A stretch of DNA of 62,924 nt, the filler included, from Kipferlia bialata (Eukaryota), in NCBI GenBank assembly GCA_003568945.1. It is 5 parts of 5 records of this genome, joined end to end, with 100 filler letters (N's around TTAATTAATTAA, not from the genome) between each part and the next. Parts side by side here need not be neighbours in the genome. Positions count along the whole stretch, not along the records: positions 1 to 18,713 come from BDIP01000465.1; 4 more parts are not named here. One strand, given 5' to 3'. The notes beneath the pieces were generated by a model. It was not told the DNA's origin and did no database searches. It saw only the letters and a list, made by a program, of their open reading frames with translations. This document shows, piece by piece, positions 1-12,633 of the stretch. Made by a program: the position numbers and the translations under genes. Position 1 is the stretch's first letter, and the number at the start of each line of letters is the position of its first letter.

Positions 1-1
1 T

Positions 2-39
<38 letters not shown>

Positions 40-41
<2 letters not shown>

Positions 42-1707
42 GCAGTCAGTGACTGACTCAGTCTCTCTCTTCAGAAGTTAGTGTTGGTGTCTACCCATAA
101 TGCTGTCTCTCTCCTTCTCCCCCCAGGCACTCAAGATATCGCCGCAGTGGGCCCTATATATATGTGTGTTTGTGTATGCATTCATGTTGCCATCTTTCTC
201 TCTCTCTCCTCGTATCTCGGGTACTCAATCATTCTCTTCAGTGGGCCTTGTGTATTATATATAAGCTAACTATATATACATATATACATATATATATTAT
301 TATATACGTATATATAGTATGTATCCATATCTGTCTCTCTCCTCTTCTAACCTCAGGCACTCAATCATCCTTTTCAGTGGATCCACACATGAAGAAGAAG
401 AAGTGGGAGAGGGAGAGAGAGAAGGCAGTGGAGAGAGAGAGGGAGAGAGAGAGGGATGAGGAGAGTGACTGTCAGGAGTTAGAGGTAGATATGGAGGGAG
501 AGGGAGAGGAGGAGAGTGAGTGTAAGGAGGATAAGGTTGAGATTGACAAGGCCTCTGACCTGTCCCTGGAGGAGGAGCTCTTCCTATTCAACCTAAGGTT
601 AGTATATATATGTGTATTACATAGTATGTATTGTATATATATATATACATATACATGATTATGTAGGTGTTGTCTGACCTGTCCCTGGAGGAAGAGCTAT
701 TTCTATTAATCGTAAGGTTAGTATATATGTGTATATATTATTGAGTGTGTGTTATGTATGTATATATATATATATATATACATGATTATATAGGCCTCTG
801 ACCTCTCTCTGTAGGAGGAGCTGTTCCTGTTTATCCTGAGGTTAGTATATATATGTGTATTACATAGTATGTGTTATGTATATACACACACATATATATA
901 TATATATATGATTATATAGGCCTCTGACCTGTCACTGGAGGAGGAGCTCTTCCTGTTCATCCTGAGGTTAGTATATGTTTATGTATATGGAGTATATATA
1001 TATATATTTGTATACAAATATATCAGTGTATAATATATATATCAATTACTGTGAGGTATGTATATGTCTATATATAATACTGTGTGTATATTGATAGAGA
1101 GTGATAGTATTGCACCTTCTAACCCTTTAGTGTAGGTTGGCCTCTACAACTCCGATATGTACGTATACTACCAATACATAAATAGTAAATACCACTATAT
1201 CTGCATCTTACACCCTAGAGAGGTTGGCCTCTACAAGTCAGGTGACCAAGAGACAGGCAAGTGCAAGACAGTGCCAATCAGCGTCAAGGTTAGTGTTCTC
1301 TTGTATTCCTGTAGATTAGTTCCATCTAGTGTTAGTGTTATTGTGTTAACATGCTATACCGTGTCTCCCTTTCCCCATCTCCCCTTAACCCTAGTCTCTG
1401 ATAATTATGAAGAGGTATAAGAATATATTTGATAGTATTAATAATATATATTAGACAGACAAACCTCTCAGCAATGCCACATCTCTTACTTACCCTCATC
1501 TTACTCTGGTTCCATGTTACCAACTCAGCCACCTTAGTCTCTCTCTCTCTCTCTCTTCCTATCACTCTCGCCCTATCTCTGGATATATATATATATATAT
1601 ATATATACGTCTGGATATATATATACCTCTGGATATATATATATATTTATATATACGTGAAATTGTCTATCCATCGGTCTAACCCTAGTTCCACATTGCC
1701 AGCCCAA

Positions 1708-1740
<33 letters not shown>

Positions 1741-2178
1741 GTGTGTGTGTTCATTTGATTGTGTATCTCCCTCTTACACCAGTTCTATTTCTGACCCAGT
1801 TATCATCTCCCTCTCTCTCTCCCCCTCCACACACATACATATAACCACTCCGGGTTCCACGTTGCCATTCCCACTCTCTCTCTCTATGAATATATATATA
1901 TATTTATACACCTGACCCCAGTTCCACATTGCCAAGCGCCCTGTCAGCTTCCTCTCTCTCTCTATATATATGTACATATACACGTATACATTACTCTATA
2001 CATACACCTGACCCCAGTCCCACATTTCAAAGCCCTCTCTCTCTCTCTCCATGTATAACCATATATATATATATATATAGATATTTACCTGACCCCAGTT
2101 CCACATTGCCAAGCCTTCAGTAAGTACCGACCTCATTAGGAGGAACCACCAGAACAAGTGTGGATACAGTACGTTCCA

Positions 2179-2216
<38 letters not shown>

Positions 2217-2222
2217 CCCCCC

Positions 2223-2260
<38 letters not shown>

Positions 2261-5200
2261 GACCTTATCAGGAGGAACCACCAGAACAAGTGTGGATACA
2301 GTACGTTGCCTCTAAAGTGGTATCTGCACCTCAGTATATGCATTGAGATACTCTATATATATTGCATATATGTTTACATGATCATTAAATACATATATCA
2401 CAGGAGGTTGTGAGAGTATGTATCAATAGAGGTGCTCTTTTATCCAGTCCAGTTGATTCACATCAGGATACATAAATACTATAACACATATACGAGTGAT
2501 ACTAAGTATTATCGATCTCACTTCAGAGCTGAGCAAGAAGAAGTGGTATCAGCAATGTATATCTAGATTGGCGGCAATTGATCCAATGTCCTTGTCTCTG
2601 ATCTTTAGAGTCTAAGTTAAACTGAGATATAGATACTATATTTATTAGAAATATCTATTAGATATATCTATTAGATATATACTATTATTGATCTCACTTC
2701 AGAGCTCAGCAAGAAGGCCCAGGCCGCCCTGATCAAGAAGAACCCGGCCACGAAGGTGGACAGGACAGTGAAGGTAATGATGATAGAGGGGACAGGACAG
2801 GTCTATGAGTATATGGATAGTGAAATACACTAGGTCTAGTATATATTGAAAATATATACATTTATATGTCAGCGAGGAAATGCGTGTCTCAGAACAGGAC
2901 AGTCTAGACTCTATAATGTATAGCCATGACAATATATATTATATACGTATTGAGCTGTGTATATCACATACTTCCGCATAACGTATATTGACACACTATC
3001 AGAACAAGACATTCCAGACACTATATAGTGAATACTATATTTATATATAAATAAGCGTTAGTGTGTATATCCCATAGTTTCTTTTGCGACGTATGTATAC
3101 ACTAACTGTCAGAGCAAGACATTCCAGACGATTCTGGATACCATCACTGGGTGCACAGAGGTATGACTAAATGTGTGTATATGTATGTATAAACAAATTA
3201 CAATTGGTACCATATACAATGACAGTTTATATGTGTATATGCATGTATAGACAAATTACTTTTGGTATACAATGACAGTTTAGCACAGAGTACATGGTTG
3301 TAAGGTAAGCACTGAGGTCTTCTACCACTATATGTATGCAATGAATGTGAATTATGTACCTGTTTGTATATATGTATTTACAAAGACGTCTAATTCAGGT
3401 CTTGCTGCTTGTAGATGTTACTCTATTGTATCAAGTGTCTGTTCTATCATAGTTTATCCCTTCTCATTCCACCTATTCTATCCAATTATAGATACCCCTT
3501 CTCATTCCACCTATTGTATACGAGTATAGATACCCCTTCTCATTCCACCTATTGTATACGAGTAGAGATACTCCTTCACATTCCACCTATTGTATACGAG
3601 TACAGATACCCCTTCTCATTCCATCAGGTTGTCTTCTTCGCTATCTGTGAGAGTTCATGGGATATATACACAAATATATATATATAAATATGTGTTAAGG
3701 TATATACATATTCTCCCCCCAGGTCGTTCTCAAGGGTCAGTTCGAGCAGGAACTGGACCGTCTCTGGTACGGTTACTAGGCTTTCAAAAATATAGATATA
3801 GAATAATTATAGAATATATATTATATTATAGAATATATATATATTCAATATTTCTATTTTTTGGAACTGGACCGTCTGTGGTACGACTACAGTGTGGATC
3901 ATAGACGCTGTCGTGATACACACAGTATGAGTACATAACATTATGTATAGTATATTAATTTCATTAGAGTATTGGTTTCTGTACTTGTACTGTATATTTG
4001 TTGTATTATTGCCATCACGACGTCGACGAGATGTTACTACTGTATCTCTAGACATCATCATCCTTTATACTATATATAGTATGTAATTTGTATATGCATT
4101 TTCTATATAAATATTAAATTGTATATGATTTGCTCAACACACTGGGTATATGTTATATAACTTGTTCAACTGTGTTACACAGTCTGTGATTTCTCACCTC
4201 AGGGGCATTGGCACTGATGCACATGAGAGGCTGGTAACGTACCTCTGGGCAATGTAAGTGAGACTTGTCTCTTAAGCCACTTCCTTGTCCCTCTAAACCT
4301 TGATTGTCTCTCTAATACTCAACACAGACGCGCTACAGAATCAAGTATGTGTAAAGTATATGCATATCGTACTTGTCACATAATATATACAAGTGTATTC
4401 ATGTTGATATATATATTATATATATATACACATAAGGATTCATGAATGTCTTACATGTATATACATATTTGGGTATAACCCCAGGATGATGCACTACAGA
4501 TTCAAGGCAGACCCCACCGAGGACTGGCAGAGTTGCCTCCTCAGGCCCATCACAGGTACCCACACTCTCACTCTATATACAGGATCACTATTTAGTAAAT
4601 AGGCTATTTACAGAAATATAAATAATAGTAAATAGTTTTTACAGCCCATCACAGGTACCGACTCTGCCTGTGTCTCTCTGGCTCTCTATCTTGCCTATTG
4701 ATATATTGATATATGATACAACGCCTATATGAACTCATACACCCTGACTGATACCCTTATTCCAGGCCGGGACTGGTTCAACCTCTCAGGCACCATGCCA
4801 CCTGTCACAGATGTGGTGGAGGATCTGGCAGGGGTCCCTGAGGCACAGGTGGGGTATCTTGATATTAATTAGTATATAATCAATACATGTTGTTACTAAT
4901 AACTAATACATAATGTAATTATTAATAGTCTAATTGATAGGGGTCCCAGAGGCACAGGTGGGGTATAGTGTATGGTGTTTTCTAATAATGTGTCTTAATT
5001 CCTTGGAGGTCTAACCTACTTGGTCTACCCTTACACAATATCACTCTCTGTTATTGAATGGCGATTGTAATAGGCATAAAGTAGTCTTACAATCAGACCA
5101 CTGCTTTATCAACTGCCCCAGTCACAGACATTGAAGTCCTTGCAGGTATGGGGACGTATGTATATCTCCGACATTATTGTGATTATATATCCAATGTATG

Positions 5201-8200
5201 TTTACGATATATATATATTGTATGTATTCAATGAATCTGTTATAATACTAAGAAATATGCAATGAAATATCAATTGAAGAGTTACAAGACACCTCCACCG
5301 ATACTAATTCAGACCATTAATTTCATGCATGTGTGTATATGGGTATAACACTTGGATGCGCATTCCACATGTCACCATATATATCTAACACTTCTTGCAA
5401 TCACATACACTCTGTTCTTCTTCAAAAATCTTCTATTGTTGACCTTTCGTCTTCTTGCTACAACTTCTCACCGTCAGCCCCAACAGCCCCTACCTCCACT
5501 GTTATGGACATCATGAGAGCAGCACTGCCAGACGCCACCATGCCTATCCAGCCTATTCAGCATGTTCAGCCTACTGAGTGGGGGGTGGATGGAGAGAGGA
5601 AGAGAGAGAGAGAGGTGGAGGGTGGTGACGTGTCTATGGGTGGATATGGAGAGAGTGAGGGTCTCCCTACTGCATCCGCTCCATATCACCATGGACACCA
5701 ACAGAGTGGGGCAAGGGGTAACGTCTTCTTCGTTCCTGCTGCCACAGCCCCAGTGACCAAGGTGTGTACAATATATATACACACATATACATAATATATG
5801 AATAATTCATTTGTCATATATCGCATTGCAAATGTCGTCTATCCAGTTGGGATGGAATACTGCAAGATGTATATATATATGCATGTATTACATATGTATA
5901 TATAATCCAATACATACATAATATGTATGCATATATATTATGTATACATAGATATATGCAATTTGTGTAGGCTTAGAGGATGCACACATACATACACTAG
6001 TAATGCCGAGCATAGTGTCACTATTGGTATTACTGCACATATATATAGTAATGCTAAGTGTTGCCTCATAGTTAGTACGGGATGCTATGCCATAGAGACA
6101 TTACTCCTATCCTCTTTCCTTACGACACTCTTAGTCCTCCTTCGACAGCATCTACCTGGCATTAGATGGATATCTGTATATGTGTATATGCTCTTTACAG
6201 TTATGTCTATACATAGTGCTGTCAAGTATTGTCTCTCTGTTAGTAAACAACTCATCCCCAGTCCTCTTTCGACACCATCTACCTGGCATTGCCAGAGTCA
6301 AGGAGGTGGACCAGTCACACAGAGGCACAGGTATGAGAGAACGGCACTATGTATATATCTTAGTCTGACCATACATTAAGATATCTAAAGGTGGACTCAC
6401 CACACAGAGACACAGGTAAGATTACATCATATTTCAACAATACTATTCTAATACCATACCTACTCTATAACGTATTACTACTTAAGGTGGACCAGTCACA
6501 CAGAGGCACAGGTATGAGTGTGTCGATTCTTTGTTACTCCGTATCTTTCTGTTCACCCACTCATACTCACAACAGTTGCTGAGAGTACATAGTGTCTTAG
6601 GAACATACAACTACTTTACGATGTCCTCCACTATCAATTTCTAGTTCCTACTATGTAGCACGTACACTTACCTCAGGATCTCACTGAAAGACGTCGGCGT
6701 AAGATCCTAGAGCTGAAGGCAGTGTACCACAGAATCACAGAGGTATGCATGTATATATACGTATATGTATTCTAGTATAGTACATATGTCGATGTGTAAA
6801 AGGCAAGTACTCAAGTCAGTGTACCACAGGGTCACAGAGATATATATGTATTCACTTACATTTAGCATGCTTCCAATATACGTAGTCCTAGCATATATGT
6901 CTCATACCAGATGGCAAGGATCTGCCATGATACCATTTCATTAAGTCAGAGCATATATGTGATATATATACTATATACTATATTATATATACTATATCCT
7001 ATATACTATAATCGATATCTGACACCAGATGGCCAAGATCATCCAGACACTCAACCAGAAGAGGGTGACAGACGTGGAGAGAGAGGACCTAGTGACAAGG
7101 TAATGTACCTATTACTGCCTTTGTCTCTTGATACAACCAACGTATGCAATATTATACTGGCCTTCTTGTCAGTATGTCATGTTTTACCTTTTGCATCTCT
7201 TTTCCCGCTGTCTGTTTCAGCACAACTATGGTAGTCCTGTATCGTTGTCTGACATCTAGGTTCATGCAGCTTCTCCGTGACCCAGAGTTTGAGAGTGACG
7301 GTATGCCCCAGGTAGTCAGGTGAGGCGCTGAGTATAGTATATGTATATCGTTTGAAACTGCTTTCAATAGCACAGTATAACTAGTCGGGTATACGTTGTT
7401 AGGTGAAGCACTCCGCCTATTGGCTCCCATTCACGTACTGTGCTCTCTTAATGATCACTCACTAAATGAAATTGCTCTTTACTATCACTATCTAGAATCT
7501 AGACTCTAGCTGTACTTACTCCAGGGACACCCGTTTGGTACAGACTACAAAGCCCAGGTCCGGATTCAGATCACCAGTCCAGCCCGACAAGAAGAGGTAC
7601 TGAAGTGTCGTATTCTAAATTGTATCCACATATGCAATTATACTAATATTAGACGGTTGTTTCCTGTCTCTTACTCCTATATATAGATTTACATTATACA
7701 CATGTATCTATATACATTTACACTTTCTACCTTTGGATACATAATATATTACTTCATTGGATACAATATATTATATTGAATATAATATATATATTACGGC
7801 TCTGACTCCCAGGGGCACTGACCATGACCGTCCCCACACCACTGACCCCAACCCCAACAGCCACAGGTACAGCTATCTCCCTCCATTTAGATGTGGCAAT
7901 ATTTACGCTATATGTGTGTTTAATAACCATAGATCAGGGAACAGGTATGTACTATATTAGTATATAGTAGTATATTGATACTGCTGGTCGCCTTATGAAC
8001 ATATGTGTTTATATCACTGGACAAGTCACATAGGCATATGCTCTCCACTAGTGTTCTATGCATTGTCTGTATATCTAACCCAGCTCCTATGTCTCCGGTC
8101 ACGGCCATGTCTCTAGCAAGAGCGTTGCCCCAGATTGTGTAAGGACAGAGCAAGAGAGGGAGACAGAGGCAGTGCCTGATGTCCCCCCATACAACCCAAC

Positions 8201-9052
8201 TCTCTTTGGTTCTGCTGAGGTACGTTATACTCATGATAACTACTTTCCAACATGTTCTTGCATTATGAGCTATTGTATATTAGTGTTCATAAATATTGTA
8301 TTATACTGACCATAGTATGTCGACTCCCTTGATACAGATGTCCCCATGGAGCCAACTACCCCGTGCACAGACACTGCACACTACCTGGCATCCACGTTGC
8401 AGGTATAGAGACAATACCAAAATACTTGCCTTTAATGTATTCTGTTCACTTGTGTACTTGGCATCTCACCGACCAGGGCATGAGAGTGAGTGTGACTGAC
8501 AAAGACGACGAGTCTAGACCTGCCACACCCATAGTACAGGCCAAGGCTCTGCAAGCTCTGAGTGGGGGCAATGTAACTGTAACTGAGGTGGCCCCACCTC
8601 TGCACCCTTCGATGTGGGATGCACACATGGACATGTTGATGAGAGAGAAGGTTGAGAAGCGAGATGCCCAGGAGAAGAGGGAGAGAGAGAGAGAGAGAGA
8701 CGCTCAGGAGAAGAGGGAGAGGGAGAGGTTCGTGAGGGAGAGAGAGAGAGTGGAGCAGTCGGACGAGGACTCTGCTGAGGATGTCGTTGTAGGTGTAGGT
8801 ACCACCGACACCTCACTGGAGGAGCCATTTGAGGTGGAGAGAGAGGAGGGAGAGGGAGAGATGGACACCCCGGAGTCCGCTGCCTCTACTACTCACTGTC
8901 TTCTAGTGCCAGACTATGGGACTGACCCCATGCCTCACCAGCCTCTAGGGTACCAGAACCAGTATACTGGTAATGGAGGTAGGCGCCCTGCTGCCTTTCT
9001 GACACACTCCAACCCTGTGTACACTGGTGACAAGGAAGAGAAGGGTGACTAG
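40..9052 (+). CDS. Multi-exon hypothetical protein (5'-truncated, about 25 exons), acidic/ER-rich
   Basis: A chain of GT-AG exons with YTRAC(C)nAG acceptors gives ...ASDLSLEEELFLFNLR / EVGLYKSGDQETGKCKTVPISVK / ELSKKAQAALIKKNPATKVDRTVK / GIGTDAHERLVTYLWAM / DLTERRRRKILELKAVYHRITE. The long terminal exon ends GDKEEKGD-TAG at 9050-9052. No family recognised. Confidence 0.7.
550..972 (+). repeat. Donor-side exon echo array (4 copies of exon 3' end + GTTAGT donor, about 120-nt period)
   Basis: gcctctgacctgtccctggaggaggagctcttcct...ag|gttagt starts at about 551, 673, 794 and 920, separated by (AT)n. Confidence 0.92.
1680..2125 (+). repeat. Acceptor-side exon echo array (about 5-6 copies of branch point/acceptor + exon start TTCCACATTGCC)
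   Basis: cctgaccccag|ttccacattgcca variants at about 1680, 1850, 1912, 2007 and 2089. The upstream copies run into (CT)n. Confidence 0.85.
3455..3627 (+). repeat. About 38-nt intronic tandem repeat (4-5 copies) ending in an acceptor-like AG
   Basis: tagataccccttctcattccacctattgtatacgagta repeated. Confidence 0.9.
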
Positions 9053-9511
9053 TAGAAGTAGAGAAGTGAGAGGGAGAGGATGGGTAAGATGTAGTGTGTG
9101 AATGATTCCTTTAGGGTTACTGTGCCACTGTCAGTAGCCATTGCGTGTAGTTCAGAGAAGTGTGATATAATGACCTCTGAATAGATTGTGTGAAATGCAT
9201 ATAAGGCTCATAGGTTCGCCACTAATGAATATATACCAAAAATTATACTTAGGATTCGTAGAACCCCACACAACACAAAACTAAAGTACTACATCTATTT
9301 GCTATACACGTCACTACTCACTACATTCCCACAATACCACATCTGCAACAAAAAAACACGAAGCAGTGTGACATATTGGGATTCTGGGCTCATACAAAGG
9401 TAAAACCCCAGAGATCATATACATATATAATGGAATATATATATGTATTCAAGTAGTACCCAAGGCGGCCATTGGATACTAAAACTAAACATTCTCAAAA
9501 CTCGAAAATAC

Positions 9512-12500
9512 TCAAAACACACTGAGTGTGGTACTAAGCTCCTCTAACCTGTCAAACTCTAAACTATGCACTTCCCGATCTAGTAGGGCTTAGGGAACAT
9601 ACTATACTGTGGGAAGGCCTCATTCTCCCCATACATGTTGGGAGCACTCTCTCTCTCCCTCTGTCCATAGATGTTGGGAGTGGTGGATGGAAGAGGATTG
9701 GGGCTCAGACTAGCTGCCTGATGTCAGATAGAGTCCCAGTGATATATATATATACCGTTATGAAATGTAATGTTACCTGAAAGTCGGGCAACTTGACTCT
9801 TGGAATGATATCAGTTCAGACACTAACATATACCTCAAGTACATACTCTAGTGCGTAGATCAGTTGATTATTACGAGTGGTGGGAATATATTACAACATA
9901 TACTCAATTAAATATAATGACATATCACCTGGAAGCACTGCACCCCCCGCACTCACTAGAAAAACACAGAGAATAGCAGGTATATAATATATATATATAT
10001 CAAAACACATCAATATTGTATCAGCTGGAAGTCTGGCAGCACTGCACCCCCCCTCTCTTAGTATATATAGTCCAATACGATAGTAATATATATATATATA
10101 TATATATATCAGTATACTATATATCTGCATAGATACCTATGGTATTGTGATATATGTAATATATCAATGTAGTGATACCTGGAAGTCTGGCAGCACTGCA
10201 CCCCCCAGACTCAGTGCGCTATCAACCTCAGCAGGGGTCCCTCCCTCCCTCTCCCTCTCCCTCTCCCTCTCCATCTCTCTCTTCCCGTCATCGAGTGCAG
10301 AGTCTGTGAGGGATAGAGGGGGAGGCATAGGTACATATGCCTCAGTGGTAGGGGCTGGAGGCACATATGCCTCAGTAGGAGGACTAGGTGCATAGGCATC
10401 CGGGGCTGGTACATGTGCATATAGTAGAGCAGGGGGTGTGGGTACATATGCCTCTGTAGGTGGTGGTGCAGGTACATGCACCAATGCAGGATCCATGGGA
10501 GTCGGGTCAGGTACAAACCCAGGGACACCAAGATCACCTGGGAGAGAGGTCACTGGCAGAGGCTGAACAGGCATGTCAATATGCATTGGCATCTGTGGGG
10601 CATATACTGGCTCTGGTGCAAGAGGTACCGCCTGGGGGAAGGGTACACCAGTGCCAAACCCAACTGGCCCACCACCTGGTGCAAGAGATCCCGCCTGAGG
10701 GAAGGGTAAGCCAGCACCAAGAGGCTGAGGGACACCCATAGGTCCACCAGTAGACAGAGGAGGAGCATCACTTAGACCCAGTGGAGGAAGGGAGAGAGGG
10801 GGTTGGGAGAGGCCCAGGCTAGGGGCACCAAGGGGACTGAAGGAGCCTGGGGGTAGTTAGAGAAAGGAATCGAGTGCAAACATACAAAAGAGAAAACACT
10901 AAATAGTATACATATAGAGTTGGGTTGTTCCATCCAGTGTACAAGGGAAATAGAACACCAAGAAAATCACCTCTATATTCAATGAAGACATATCTATCTC
11001 TAGTATGAATATATCACATATATACATATATATATATATCACATATACATATAGTTATATGAATTGTCAGTACCTATTGGAGTGGGCTGGAAGTCACTGG
11101 GATCTGTGAGGCTAGACGCAGGGTTGGGGAGGTGGGGTGTGGGAAAGGTTGGGAGGGAGGAGGACACGGACACGTTGACATCAAAGTTGGGAATGTACTC
11201 TGGGATGACAGCCGATGGAGCAGTATCAATCTGCATCTCTCTCTCTGTCTTGATACCCCCAATAGTCTCAATAGTCTCAATAGTCTCAATTGTCTCTGTC
11301 TTGATGGGAACAGTTGCACTAGGGAGAGGTGCCACAGCGATGGGGGCGGTGTTGCCAAACAGGGGGATCTGGGGAGTTAGAAGACGTATCGACATATATA
11401 GAACGAGTAGCAGTGTTGCCAACACAAAGAATTTCTCCACTGTATCTTTAGTCAACTACATAGTATGATATACCTGTGGGGAGGTGGGTACCGGAGCATA
11501 CATGTCAACCGACTAGAACAGATATCCACCAATTGTCTTTGCTACATAGTGTATAATGTAATATATGATACCTGTGGTGGAATGGGGGCTCTCTGTGCAT
11601 ACATGTCCATGTTGGTGGGGTACGAGGGTCTGTTCATACTAGAGTAAGAAAACAGAAATATACATATACACATATATATGTATGGTAATTATATACAATA
11701 TTCACATATATACATATCATGTCCATGTTGGAGGGGTACGAGGGCCTGTTCATGCTGGGCTTAGAATACTGTAATATATATATATATNNNNNNNNNNNNN
11801 NNNNNNNNNNNNNNNNNNNNNNNNNNNNNNNNNNNNNNNNNNNNNNNNNNNNNNNNNNNNNNNNNNNNNNTACAATATATATATTTACAATTATATATAT
11901 ATATCATGTCCATGTTGGTGGGGTAGGAGGGTCTGTTCATGCTGGGCTTAGAATACTGTAATATATATACATATATACACATATATTACATACACACAAT
12001 ATGGAAAGAACTGATACAACGAGAACGAGGGTGTGTTCATGGGCAGGTATATTAGTATATACCTGGCAGGATATGCATCATGGGCAAAGTAGGAACATGC
12101 ACTGATAACTATATGTATATATGTATATATGTATATATATATACATATACATATATATATTCAGTTATATACCTGGCAGGGTGTGTGTCATGTGCAAAGT
12201 GGTTCCCGGACTCTGTCAGAGAGTGGGGTTGATGCATGTTCCCGTTGTGGGCCATATCGTGGTCCTACACGTTAGGTTAATGCTACACGACACATAAAAC
12301 ATGAAACATCAAAGTACACCCACAAACTACATGATACATGGGTTCTATAAATCTGCACTCCTGGGACTCCATGCGCAAGAGCTAACTACACGACAGGTAT
12401 ACTAAATATTTGTATCAGGTGGAATACATCTATATATACAATGATGTGTATATGTATATAGCTATGCACCTGCAGCCCTGGTACGCCAGAGTCCATAAGC

Positions 12501-12595
12501 CCTCCTCTCCACTCATCTGAAGGTGCCTTCTCCCAAGGGACAGGGGGGGTGGCTGAGAGGTGAGGATAGTAATTATATATATATAAACATATATT

Positions 12596-12633
<38 letters not shown>

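Noticed and set aside
1429..2343. Many short ORFs rich in YIYIY, LSLSL or ERERER
   Set aside because: Translations of intronic (AT)n/(CT)n microsatellites, as are most of the short ORFs in the track.
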